A DNA stretch of 64,000 nt from a virus, in the IMG/VR virus record IMGVR_UViG_3300023174_000120, positions 1 to 64,000 of that record; one strand, 5' to 3'. The notes under the pieces were generated by a model that did no database searches, was not told the DNA's origin, and saw only the letters and a list, made by a program, of their open reading frames with translations. Positions 1 to 9,025 of the stretch are shown here, piece by piece. Position 1 is the first letter of the stretch; each line of letters begins with the position of its first letter. Made by a program: the position numbers and the translations under genes.

Positions 1-1
1 C

Positions 2-2005
2 CAGCAAGGTGTGGCGGAAGGCGGCCCATTTAGTTATGGTAAAAAAGCCCCACGCAAAGGCTCAGTGGCTGATTTGGCAGCACGGCGTCGTAAAGAACAG
101 GATAGAAAAACTCCCCCTATTGAACCACGAGACCAAATGGTTGGCACGGCTAAGGTCACGAAAGATGTGAAGGAAGGCTTGAAGCAGATACTACGTAAAG
201 TCGATCCTACTATCAAATCAAGATTGCGTAGTAAAGCCGATAGACTTGATGACGAGGGCGATGAAGTACATCAAGATTTAAAATCTATGGGCATGAAGCC
301 TCACAATGCTATGACTCGTAATATGGATCCTGAAAAATATTATAGAAATGCCGATCGCTATCGTAGATTGGCTGACAAAGATACAAAAGAATCTCAACTA
401 GCCGAACTAGATCGCCCAAGTGGTAAGTTATTCATTATTGTCAAAGCAGATAACGCAGGTGCTACTCATGTGTTTGGCGACTTTGGATCATTCCCACAGG
501 ATGTTATGCACAAGATCAGCAAGCGTGGCACTAGGGATAAATCTGGCGCCAAGACTAAACTAAAGATCGATTTCTTGTTCAACGACTTTAGATCCACAAT
601 CCAACAACTGAGAACCATTTTTAGAGATGTGGATTTTGTGGGTGCTGAAGCAGCAGAATTTATTATTCACAGTTCCGCACTAAAAAGCGATCAAGGCGAA
701 GATGTTAAACAACTAAGAGACTACATCGAAGCCGGTGACGATCGTCGTATGAAAATATATCAAGAACCAGAGGATGATGAAGAAGACGACGGCGAAACAA
801 CCGGCGGTAATATATTACGCATTGATCCCGAAACTGGAGCAGCACGTAAAGTAATGGGTGTAAAACCACAAACACAAATGGGTGGCAAATCCATAGAACA
901 GCCCGGTATGACCACTTATCGTTTTAAAGATCCAAGATTTGCTCAACAGCTACGTGGAATGAATTTAGGATTCAATATCAAAGGCGATAGTATCACTGTA
1001 GATCAAAAACAAAAAGCAAAACTGGTCAGTATGTTAGGCAATAAGTTCGGTGATATTTTTACCAGCCAAGAACGTTTTAAAGAAGAAGATGCGGTCGAGG
1101 CCATGTTACCAAAAAGTTCTTTTGCAGGCAGTAATAAAAACAAACTAGGGCCAGCAGCACATCTCAAAGGCAGTATGAAACGACCAGCGAGAGCCGGAGA
1201 TCTAGTTGGTGGTGATGCTCAAGAAAGTCGCGAACTAAGCGAAAAAGCAGTTAGTCAGCAACAGCAAAAGTTCTTTGGTATGGTTCATGCTATGCAGAAA
1301 GGTAAAAAGATTCCCGGTGCCAGTGCCGAACTAAAGAAAACTGCTAAGAGCATGAGCAAGGGAGATGTAAAAGATTTTGCCAAAACTAAACACGCCGGAC
1401 TACCTAAGAAGGTTAAGGAAGGTGGAATGTCTTTACCGCCCCCGGGAATGAGTCCGGAACAGGCCAGAGATTTTGCCAATGCGCAAATGGCCGGTCAACA
1501 GGCAATAAACCAACATGCTGCTCAACAATCAAATACACCACCTAGAGGTGTTAATTATGCTCCGGACTATTTAGAAAAGGCAGCAGATCCTAACAGATTT
1601 GGCAGGTATATGATATCAGTTGACGATGCTAAAATTGCGTTAGATTGGTTAGCTAAGAATCCAAACTACAAACCGCCAGTAGCACAACCAAGTACACCGG
1701 CTGCAGGATCAGGCTATAGCAGAGAATATTTAGAGAAGGCAGCAGATCCTAACAGATTTGGTAGGTATATGATCAGTGTAGAAAAAGCACAAGAACTATT
1801 AGGTCAAATGAAAGAAGATACTTACATGGAATCATTATCCGCTGCACTAGAACAAAAACTCAGCGTAAATGATACTCCCGAGGTATGGCGAGATGATTTT
1901 GTAAATGCAGATCCTGTCAAGTATAAACAGTTTAGAAACAAGACTGATGAGAAAAAACGTCATATGGCCGATGTGGCTCGCTATAGACAGATTCAGAAAA
2001 AATGA
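2..2005 (+). CDS. 5'-truncated modular head-associated/internal virion protein
   Basis: The frame is open from base 2 (QQGVAEGG...). Unrelated modules are separated by V/L/M-x-E motifs. It contains the 'KAVSQQQQKFFGMVHAMQKG...KDFAKTKHAGLPKKV' block that I recall from T4-like aquatic phage proteins. Confidence 0.6.
   Translation, partial: QQGVAEGGPFSYGKKAPRKGSVADLAARRRKEQDRKTPPIEPRDQMVGTAKVTKDVKEGLKQILRKVDPTIKSRLRSKADRLDDEGDEVHQDLKSMGMKPHNAMTRNMDPEKYYRNADRYRRLADKDTKESQLAELDRPSGKLFIIVKADNAGATHVFGDFGSFPQDVMHKISKRGTRDKSGAKTKLKIDFLFNDFRSTIQQLRTIFRDVDFVGAEAAEFIIHSSALKSDQGEDVKQLRDYIEAGDDRRMKIYQEPEDDEEDDGETTGGNILRIDPETGAARKVMGVKPQTQMGGKSIEQPGMTTYRFKDPRFAQQLRGMNLGFNIKGDSITVDQKQKAKLVSMLGNKFGDIFTSQERFKEEDAVEAMLPKSSFAGSNKNKLGPAAHLKGSMKRPARAGDLVGGDAQESRELSEKAVSQQQQKFFGMVHAMQKGKKIPGASAELKKTAKSMSKGDVKDFAKTKHAGLPKKVKEGGMSLPPPGMSPEQARDFANAQMAGQQAINQHAAQQSNTPPRGVNYAPDYLEKAADPNRFGRYMISVDDAKIALDWLAKNPNYKPPVAQPSTPAAGSGYSREYLEKAADPNRFGRYMISVEKAQELLGQMKEDTYMESLSAALEQKLSVNDTPEVWRDDFVNADPVKYKQFRNKTDEKKRHMADVARYRQIQKK
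1568..1773 (+). repeat. 47-nt intragenic direct repeat (1568-1614, 1727-1773) encoding YLEKAADPNRFGRYMI
   Basis: 45 of 47 nt are identical, with an in-frame offset of 159 nt. Confidence 0.9.
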
Positions 2006-2523
2006 AAATAATCGAAGTCTATGATCCAGATAGATATGAAATACATAATCTAAAAAAACTGGATCATATCCTAGTTGAACTGTGTGAAATGATTGTTCGC
2101 GGCCAACAAAAAGAAGCTGAACATTATGGCATGGTTGCTGCCTGTGTGTTGGATCCCGACAACCGTCCTGTATTTGGAATAAATCAACCTGCCGATGATG
2201 GGACACGGGTTCATGCCGAGCGTGTGGCTATAGACAAATACAACAGAGAATATGGTGAGATACCCGAAGGCAGTATTATCATTACCACACTGAGCCCGTG
2301 TAATGAATTACACGATGTAACAGCAGATGATCGCTACAAAGAAAGTTGTACCGATTTAATTAATCGCAGCCCAGTCCGTAAAGTCTATTGTGGCTATATG
2401 GATCCTACCCAGGGGGATGATCAACACGATGAACGTGAATTCACACTAGAAGAATCTGCTAATCCTGATATACGCAGACTTTGCGAAACATTTGCCAATA
2501 CATTCTTGACAACAACAAAGTAA
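2002..2523 (+). CDS. Zn-dependent cytidine/RibD-like deaminase
   Basis: HAE motif, TTLSPC-x15-C and KVYCGYMDP. ATGA overlap with the upstream gene. Confidence 0.8.
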   Translation: MKIIEVYDPDRYEIHNLKKLDHILVELCEMIVRGQQKEAEHYGMVAACVLDPDNRPVFGINQPADDGTRVHAERVAIDKYNREYGEIPEGSIIITTLSPCNELHDVTADDRYKESCTDLINRSPVRKVYCGYMDPTQGDDQHDEREFTLEESANPDIRRLCETFANTFLTTTK

Positions 2524-2534
2524 TCGCTTATACT
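2506..2534 (+). promoter_or_regulatory. sigma70-type early promoter
   Basis: TTGACA-17-TATACT. Confidence 0.75.
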
Positions 2535-2556
2535 AGTGTATAAGGAGAATTATTCT

Positions 2557-2832
2557 ATGAGTAAAGCATATGGTGCGCCCGAACAGGCCAAGATCAAACA
2601 GATCGTCGCCGAAGGGGTTACAGTCATGCAGGAAATCCAAGATCTTACCGAAGGTCTTAACGATACCATCAAAGCAGTTGCCGAAGAATTGGATGTTAAA
2701 CCTAGTGTCATTCGCAAGGCGATTCGTATTGCCCAGAAAGATACGTGGGACCAAGTATTCCGTGAATTTGACGATTTAGAATCCATTGTGGATATCAGTG
2801 GTCATGCCAATCGCCGCAAGGATGACGAATAA
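2557..2832 (+). CDS. dsbA: T4 DsbA-like dsDNA-binding protein
   Basis: About 91 aa, helical, with 'IKAVAEELDVKPSVIRKAIRIAQKD'. SD AGGAG precedes ATG 2557. Confidence 0.6.
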   Translation: MSKAYGAPEQAKIKQIVAEGVTVMQEIQDLTEGLNDTIKAVAEELDVKPSVIRKAIRIAQKDTWDQVFREFDDLESIVDISGHANRRKDDE

Positions 2833-2835
2833 ATA

Positions 2836-3135
2836 ATGATTAATACTCTGTTCAGGCCGACCCTGGAATGGATTAGGAATGATTATGAATCCAATCGTTT
2901 TAGGTTTATTATGGAGCTCATTGCTTGGGCTATTAGTATTGGGTGTGCTATTGCGATGGCTGGAACAGTACCATCGCCTCCCTTTATTTACATGTACCCT
3001 CTTTGGATTACTGGTTGTGCTATCTATGCCTGGGCTGCTTGGACTCGCCGTTCATTTGGTATGCTGGCTAACTACCTCCTGCTTGTCACCATTGATTCCA
3101 CAGGCCTGGTGAGACTGTTAATAAATACACATTGA
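2836..3135 (+). CDS. small membrane protein (~3 TM helices)
   Basis: Three hydrophobic segments. Confidence 0.65.
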   Translation: MINTLFRPTLEWIRNDYESNRFRFIMELIAWAISIGCAIAMAGTVPSPPFIYMYPLWITGCAIYAWAAWTRRSFGMLANYLLLVTIDSTGLVRLLINTH

Positions 3136-3144
3136 GTAAGGTTA

Positions 3145-3198
3145 GATCAGCCACAAATGATCATTGAGGTATTTGAGAGCCGCAAATCTCAAAAGGAG
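3145..3198 (+). promoter_or_regulatory. tandem hairpins with GCCRCAAA loops abutting the DNA polymerase SD (candidate translational operator)
   Basis: GATCA-gccacaaa-TGATC (3145-3162) and TTTGAGA-gccgcaaa-TCTCAAA (3172-3193), then AGGAG and ATG 3206. Confidence 0.7.
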
Positions 3199-3205
3199 AA
3201 AAATT

Positions 3206-5878
3206 ATGAGTTACGTTGATGCCCGCTGGGATCGTGACCGAGACATCGTCCAGGTTATTGAAAGAGATCCAAAAAAAGGTCGTATCTATCAAGAATACGC
3301 CGCCCGATACGTTTTCTATTATCCAGATGCTCGAGGAAAATATCGCAGCATTCATAACGAGCCGTTGAATCGTGTAACGGCTAAAAGTTTCAAAGAATTT
3401 ACCAAAGAACAAAAGATTCACAGCAATCATAAACTTTATGAAAGCGACATGAATCCTATATTTCGATGTCTAGAAGAAAACTACTTGGATAGAGATGCTC
3501 CAAAACTAAATGTAGCATTTTTTGATATCGAGGTAGACTTTGATCCAGAACGCGGATATGCATCGCCGGATGATGCATTTATGCCTATTACTGCCATTGC
3601 TGTACATCTACAATGGCTAGACACACTGGTATGCTTGGCTGTCCCACCTAAAACACTGACCATGGCACAGGCCACTGAACAGGTTAAAGAATTTCCTAAC
3701 ACTATCCTGTTTGAAACAGAATATGAAATGTTAGATACATTCCTTAATCTAATCGAAGATGCCGATGTGCTTAGTGGATGGAACAGCGAAGGATTTGATA
3801 TACCATATACGGTAAATAGAGTCACCAAAGTTTTAAGCAAAGAAGATACTCGCAGGTTTTGTCTGTGGGATCAAATGCCTAAAAAACGTGAATATGAAAA
3901 GTATGGAAAAACTGCTGTTACATATGACCTAGTTGGTCGTGTTCATTTAGATTCATTGGAACTTTACAGAAAATACACTTATGAAGAACGTCACACATAC
4001 CGGTTGGATGCCATCGGAGAAATGGAAATCGGCGAAAACAAAACAGTCTACGAAGGATCTCTGGACCAACTCTACAACAACGACTTCCGCAAATTTATCG
4101 AATACAATAGGCAAGACTGCGCCCTTCTGGACAAACTCGACAAAAAGCTCAAGTTCCTGGATCTAGCCAATACCATCGCACACGAAAATACTGTGCTATT
4201 GGCTACTACTATGGGTGCTGTGGCTGTAACAGAACAGGCCATTGTTAACGAAGCCCATCGTCGAGGAATGATTGTGCCTAGTAGACCCAAACGTAGCGAG
4301 GATGGAACCGATACACAGGCAGCCGGTGCATATGTAGCATATCCTAAAAAAGGGCTCCACGATTGGATTGGATCTATGGACATCAACAGTCTGTATCCAT
4401 CAGTAATTCGTGCGCTAAACATGGGCCCAGAGACTATTGTAGGCCAATTGCGTATGGATTATACCCGAGCAGATATTGACACTAAAATGGCCAAGGGTTC
4501 AAGTTTTGCCGCTTCCTGGGAAGGAAAATTTGGTACCAATGAATACGAATTTGTTATGGCACAAGATCGCAGTCATGACATTGTGGTCGATTGGGAAGAT
4601 GGCCGAACTGAGATTATGAGCGGTGCTCAAATCTACGAAATGATCTTCAATAGTGGTAAACCATGGATGCTCAGTGCCAATGGCACAATCTTTACACACG
4701 AATTTGAAGGTATTATTCCTGGACTGCTGAAACGTTGGTATGCCGAACGTAAAGAAATGCAGGCCAAACTACGAGACTCTATCAAAGCGGAGAATAAAAT
4801 TGAAGAAGAATACTGGGACAAACGACAACTGGTCAAGAAAATTAATCTTAACAGTCTATACGGTGCTATTCTTAATGCTGGTTGTAGGTTCTTTGATAAT
4901 CGTATTGGTCAATCTACCACCCTTACCGGCCGTGCAATTGCCCGACATATGGCTGGTAAGATCAACGAAGTTATAACTGGAGATTATAATCACGTAGGAA
5001 AAGCCGTTATCTATGGAGACACAGACAGTGCATACTTTACTGCATATACCGCACTGAAGAATGAAATTGCCAAGGGAGAAATTGCCTGGGACAAAGATAC
5101 TGTGGTCAAACTATATGATACCGTAGCAGATGAAGTGAATTCAACTTTTGCCCAATTTATGTTAGAAGCATTCCATTGCCCTAAATCACGTGGCGAGGTT
5201 ATTAAGGCCGGTAGAGAGATTGTTGCTATCAAAGGCCTGTTCATTACCAAAAAACGCTATGCTGTTCTTAACTATGACAAAGAAGGCAAACGACTTGATG
5301 TAGATGGCAAACCTGGCAAGATCAAGGCCATGGGGCTAGATCTCAAACGCAGTGATACCCCGGAATTTATGCAAAAGTTCTTAGAAGAAATTCTAACTCG
5401 GGTGTTGAACGGTGCCCAAGAAGAAGAAATATTGGAGAGAATCAGTGAATTTAGAACAGATTTTAAGACTCGTCCGGGTTGGGAAAAAGGCAGTCCCAAA
5501 AGGGCAAACAACATTACAGAATATGCCGATAAAGAGAAGAAGGCTGGCAAGGCAAATATGCCTGGTCATGTCAGAGCAAGTATTAATTGGAATACGCTCA
5601 AGCGAATGAACGGCGACAAATATTCTATGAATATTGTCGATGGTATGAAAGTGATTGTGTGTAAACTCAAAGATAATCCATTAGGATATACCAGCGTGGC
5701 ATATCCAGTAGACGAATTGCGTTTACCTAAATGGTTCCAGGAATTGCCATTCGATCACGGCGAGATGGAAGCCACTATCATTAATAACAAACTGGATAAT
5801 CTCATTGGGGTTTTGGAATGGGATTTAAACTCAACTACACAAAACAATACATTTGGTAATCTTTTTTCATTTGAATAA
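3206..5878 (+). CDS. gp43: family B DNA polymerase (gp43-like)
   Basis: Exonuclease motifs FFDIEV and GWNSEGFDIPY. Polymerase motifs DINSLYPS, KINLNSLYG and YGDTDS. The SD supports start 3206. Confidence 0.97.
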   Translation: MSYVDARWDRDRDIVQVIERDPKKGRIYQEYAARYVFYYPDARGKYRSIHNEPLNRVTAKSFKEFTKEQKIHSNHKLYESDMNPIFRCLEENYLDRDAPKLNVAFFDIEVDFDPERGYASPDDAFMPITAIAVHLQWLDTLVCLAVPPKTLTMAQATEQVKEFPNTILFETEYEMLDTFLNLIEDADVLSGWNSEGFDIPYTVNRVTKVLSKEDTRRFCLWDQMPKKREYEKYGKTAVTYDLVGRVHLDSLELYRKYTYEERHTYRLDAIGEMEIGENKTVYEGSLDQLYNNDFRKFIEYNRQDCALLDKLDKKLKFLDLANTIAHENTVLLATTMGAVAVTEQAIVNEAHRRGMIVPSRPKRSEDGTDTQAAGAYVAYPKKGLHDWIGSMDINSLYPSVIRALNMGPETIVGQLRMDYTRADIDTKMAKGSSFAASWEGKFGTNEYEFVMAQDRSHDIVVDWEDGRTEIMSGAQIYEMIFNSGKPWMLSANGTIFTHEFEGIIPGLLKRWYAERKEMQAKLRDSIKAENKIEEEYWDKRQLVKKINLNSLYGAILNAGCRFFDNRIGQSTTLTGRAIARHMAGKINEVITGDYNHVGKAVIYGDTDSAYFTAYTALKNEIAKGEIAWDKDTVVKLYDTVADEVNSTFAQFMLEAFHCPKSRGEVIKAGREIVAIKGLFITKKRYAVLNYDKEGKRLDVDGKPGKIKAMGLDLKRSDTPEFMQKFLEEILTRVLNGAQEEEILERISEFRTDFKTRPGWEKGSPKRANNITEYADKEKKAGKANMPGHVRASINWNTLKRMNGDKYSMNIVDGMKVIVCKLKDNPLGYTSVAYPVDELRLPKWFQELPFDHGEMEATIINNKLDNLIGVLEWDLNSTTQNNTFGNLFSFE

Positions 5879-5885
5879 ATTTTAC

Positions 5886-5914
5886 TTGACCTTTACAAAA
5901 AATCTAAATAAAAT
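5886..5914 (+). promoter_or_regulatory. sigma70-type promoter with embedded TAAATA late box
   Basis: TTGACC-17-TAAAAT, with CTAAATA at 5904-5910. Confidence 0.6.
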
Positions 5915-5933
5915 AACACAAAGGAAATAAAAC

Positions 5934-6668
5934 ATGAAAGATATTCTACAAGACATCGTTGCACATACTCAAAAACTCGGTATACTGAACATTGTTAAAG
6001 TTACCGGTACTGATAAACAAACACTGATCGACTCTATGGCTGAAGATCGCACTTTGATCATGTACGCCGAAACTGCCGATCCTCATCCAGAAATGATTGG
6101 CACATTTGGTATGCCTCAATTGGAAAAACTTCGTTACCTGGTTGATGGCAAAGAATATCAAGAAGATGCTACCATCGAAGTAGTTCGCGAAACTCGCAAT
6201 GGAGAATTGGTTCCAGTCGGTCTCCACTTTGAAAATGCGGATGGCGATTTTAAAAATGATTATCGTTTTATGAATCAAGATATCATCAACGAGAAACTCA
6301 AAACTGTTAAATTCCGCGGCGTCAAATGGGATGTAGAAGTTGAACCTACTGTTAGCGCTATTCAAAGATTTCAATTCCAGGCTGGCGCCAATACAGAACA
6401 TGTTACCTTTTTGGCAAAAACTGACGGAGACAAATTGAAATTTACGTTTGGTGATGTCAGCACTCACGGTGGAGAGTTTGTATTTGCTACTGGTATTACT
6501 GGTAAAATTAACAAAGCATGGACTTGGCCTGTGGCACCTGTGTTGGGCATTCTTAAAATTGCCGACGCTAACAATGCCAAAATCAGTTTTAGCAACGAAG
6601 GCGCTATGCAGATCACACTGGACAGCGGCCTGGCTACTTACAAATATATTATTCCAGCGCAAGCATGA
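5934..6668 (+). CDS. gp45: DNA polymerase sliding clamp (gp45/PCNA-like)
   Basis: 244 aa with a beta-rich two-domain pattern ending 'YKYIIPAQ'. Immediately follows the polymerase. Confidence 0.7.
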   Translation: MKDILQDIVAHTQKLGILNIVKVTGTDKQTLIDSMAEDRTLIMYAETADPHPEMIGTFGMPQLEKLRYLVDGKEYQEDATIEVVRETRNGELVPVGLHFENADGDFKNDYRFMNQDIINEKLKTVKFRGVKWDVEVEPTVSAIQRFQFQAGANTEHVTFLAKTDGDKLKFTFGDVSTHGGEFVFATGITGKINKAWTWPVAPVLGILKIADANNAKISFSNEGAMQITLDSGLATYKYIIPAQA

Positions 6669-7042
6669 TAAAAAGTATATTTCAGGGCGGTAAGTATCTT
6701 ATGGTATCCGGCGGACAGCCTGCTACCACCTATATCCACTCGTATAATAACACAAATAATCTAGTGGGTAATATGAGATACAATACTTCCACTAACAATA
6801 TAGAAGTATACGATGGTGTGAATTGGCAAACTTTACAAAGTTCTCATGCCAGTATACAATTAGATAACGAGGCAATCGGTATTTTAGACTGGGCCAGAGA
6901 TAAACGACGTGAAGAAATGGAATTAGAAAGTTTATCACATGATTATCCTGCTGTAAAGGCAGCATATGAAAATGTTAAACGAGCCAAAGATCAGTTAAAA
7001 GCAACAATTATATTGAGTAAAAATGCAGAGACCACCAATTAA
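6665..7042 (+). CDS. hypothetical protein
   Basis: Coupled ORF with a 'GNMRYNTSTNNIEVYDGVNW' fibre-like motif and a C-terminal coiled coil. Confidence 0.7.
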   Translation: MIKSIFQGGKYLMVSGGQPATTYIHSYNNTNNLVGNMRYNTSTNNIEVYDGVNWQTLQSSHASIQLDNEAIGILDWARDKRREEMELESLSHDYPAVKAAYENVKRAKDQLKATIILSKNAETTN

Positions 7043-8582
7043 CTTAACTCCGCTACAAAAGGACTATGCTGTTTTCCTTCCAGCAATCTCAAGTTTTTAT
7101 AGCACCTATGTAGCAAAACAACGGCTCAGCGAATATATACCTAAAGAGCGTATGCCTGCAGGGTTTGATCGCGGCATTGAAGGTATGAACTTTCTTAATG
7201 CTGAAGAAGGGTATTTTACCTACAAGTATTCTCTGTATTCTGCAGGTCATGCTCAACTGGATCTTAAAAAGGCTCTTACCGACGATTCAATGCTGCAACA
7301 ACGAGATCGTGCTAATACCATGGTTCTCGGAGACTCAGGAGGATACCAAATTGGTAAAGGTATTCTCAAATTTGACTGGAAAGACTTTGAAGGAGCATCA
7401 GCAAATAAAACACGCAGTGAAATTGTTAATTGGTTAGAAGCAACCGCAGATTGGTCAATGACATTAGATGTTCCTATCTGGGCCTGTGATAAAAATAACC
7501 AAGCCAGAACCGGGTTGACCAGTCCAGATGATTGCTTAACGAAAACCAGATTCAATAATGAATTCTTCCTAAAAAATCGTCAAGGCAAAACAAAATACCT
7601 AAATGTTCTGCAGGGCAGTGATTGGCTTAGTGCAGAAACATGGTATGAAGGTGTTAAAGAATACAGCGACAATAACATCTACGGTGATCAGGCTTTTGAA
7701 GGCTGGGCATTTGGTGGTGTTAATATGAGCAAGATGGACATGACACTGAAACGCTTAATGATCTTGCGTGAAGAAGGACTACTTAAAGGAAAAGATTGGA
7801 TACACTTTCTTGGAACTGCTCAACTGGACTGGGCTTGCTATTTAACTTCAATTCAACGACGAATCAGAGAACATATCAATGAAAACCTTACCATATCTTT
7901 TGACTGCGCCTCACCGTTTGTCGCAACTGCACACGGACTCACTTACACCAACGCGATCCACACGTCCAAAAAGTTCAGTGTTGTTATGGACAAGGCACCA
8001 GATAACAAAGCACTTGCAGAATCCACAATCCCATTCCCATTCGAATCGGAAATCGGCCGCAGGCTAGTAATGGGCGATATCTGCTGGTATGATCCTACTA
8101 TGAAAAACAAGATTGGAAAAATAGGTTCTACCAGTTGGGATAGTTTTGCCTACGCACTAATGATGGGACATAATGTCTATTGTCATATTGTAGCAGTTCA
8201 GCGAGCCAATCAATTGGCTGATATTGAATGTACCAAATATAAACCAGATTGGCGCGAATGGAATAAACTCAATGCTAAAAATCTCAACAGTAACCAATTT
8301 AGCGAATGGGTTCCGCGTAGCATTTTGTATTTTGATCGTTTTGTTGAGGAACTATTTGCAACTAAAAATCTCACAGAGGCAATGGATATGCTTGAACAAC
8401 CCAATGCCAAATCGTTTTTAACCAGTATTGCCGGTGCTAGAAATACCACTAATGGTCAGAGCGATAATCTGTTTGGTAGCCTTTTTTCAGTTGAAGAAGT
8501 TACACGAGCAGATGAAATTTGGTTAGAAAATCCCGAAGACGAAAAACTTCGGGCTCTTGAACAAGGACTATTAGGAGAATAA
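7023..8582 (+). CDS. dpdA: TGT-fold guanine transglycosylase, DpdA-like (7-deazaguanine insertion into DNA)
   Basis: GDSGGYQ, LDVP, VLQG, GWAFGG, IHFLG, SFDCASP and GHN occur in TGT order. QueE and a QueD-like gene are nearby. Confidence 0.85.
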   Translation: MQRPPINLTPLQKDYAVFLPAISSFYSTYVAKQRLSEYIPKERMPAGFDRGIEGMNFLNAEEGYFTYKYSLYSAGHAQLDLKKALTDDSMLQQRDRANTMVLGDSGGYQIGKGILKFDWKDFEGASANKTRSEIVNWLEATADWSMTLDVPIWACDKNNQARTGLTSPDDCLTKTRFNNEFFLKNRQGKTKYLNVLQGSDWLSAETWYEGVKEYSDNNIYGDQAFEGWAFGGVNMSKMDMTLKRLMILREEGLLKGKDWIHFLGTAQLDWACYLTSIQRRIREHINENLTISFDCASPFVATAHGLTYTNAIHTSKKFSVVMDKAPDNKALAESTIPFPFESEIGRRLVMGDICWYDPTMKNKIGKIGSTSWDSFAYALMMGHNVYCHIVAVQRANQLADIECTKYKPDWREWNKLNAKNLNSNQFSEWVPRSILYFDRFVEELFATKNLTEAMDMLEQPNAKSFLTSIAGARNTTNGQSDNLFGSLFSVEEVTRADEIWLENPEDEKLRALEQGLLGE

Positions 8583-8583
8583 A

Positions 8584-8973
8584 ATGTCAATCTGGCAATT
8601 ATCAACAGCATCAAAGAAAAATGCTGTAGAGAAACAATTTTGGTATAAAGAAAGTGTTACTATTACCAGAGAAGAAGGTTATCGTTGGGGAACCTTTTCA
8701 TGCGAAAGTGATGAACAACCCGATGTTGATCTTGACAATGAAGATGGATATCTTCTGACCAACTCAGAATATGACTGGGAGTTAGACATACTCGATGATG
8801 GTTGTTGGGTTGATTGGGACTTTCCAGAAGATATGAGTGAAGAGGAACAAGAAAGAATACAAGAATTATGCGAAGAGGATTTCATCGAAGGACTTGAAAA
8901 CGACGGGTGGGTTAACGACGATACCGAATATTGGTTCTATGGCCCATTAGAATTAAAAGAGATTGATGAATAA
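8584..8973 (+). CDS. highly acidic, Trp-rich hypothetical protein
   Basis: About 40 D/E in 129 aa and 8 Trp. SD AGGAG. Confidence 0.75.
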   Translation: MSIWQLSTASKKNAVEKQFWYKESVTITREEGYRWGTFSCESDEQPDVDLDNEDGYLLTNSEYDWELDILDDGCWVDWDFPEDMSEEEQERIQELCEEDFIEGLENDGWVNDDTEYWFYGPLELKEIDE

Positions 8974-8990
8974 ATTGGCAAAAATTACGA

Positions 8991-9019
8991 TTGATTAATT
9001 TTATCAATTACACTATAAT
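8991..9019 (+). promoter_or_regulatory. sigma70-type promoter
   Basis: TTGATT-17-TATAAT. Confidence 0.65.
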
Positions 9020-9025
9020 AGATAT

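Noticed and set aside
3164-3205. TTG start at 3164 for the polymerase
   Set aside because: A strong AGGAG SD supports ATG 3206. The extension overlaps the operator-like hairpins.
3206-5878. Inteins or introns in polymerase, ThyA, gp46 or portal
   Set aside because: Lengths and motif spacing look normal, and no intein termini were seen.
5946-6662. 238-aa antisense ORF over the clamp gene (likewise 58588-59241, 62075-62650, 63334-63990 and other shadow ORFs)
   Set aside because: They mirror the codon bias of clear sense genes and have no motifs or ribosome-binding sites.
7023-8582. TGT-fold protein as a tRNA-modifying Tgt
   Set aside because: It lacks the CxCxxC zinc site of bacterial Tgt and sits among replication genes. 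A DNA-acting DpdA is more likely, though not proven.
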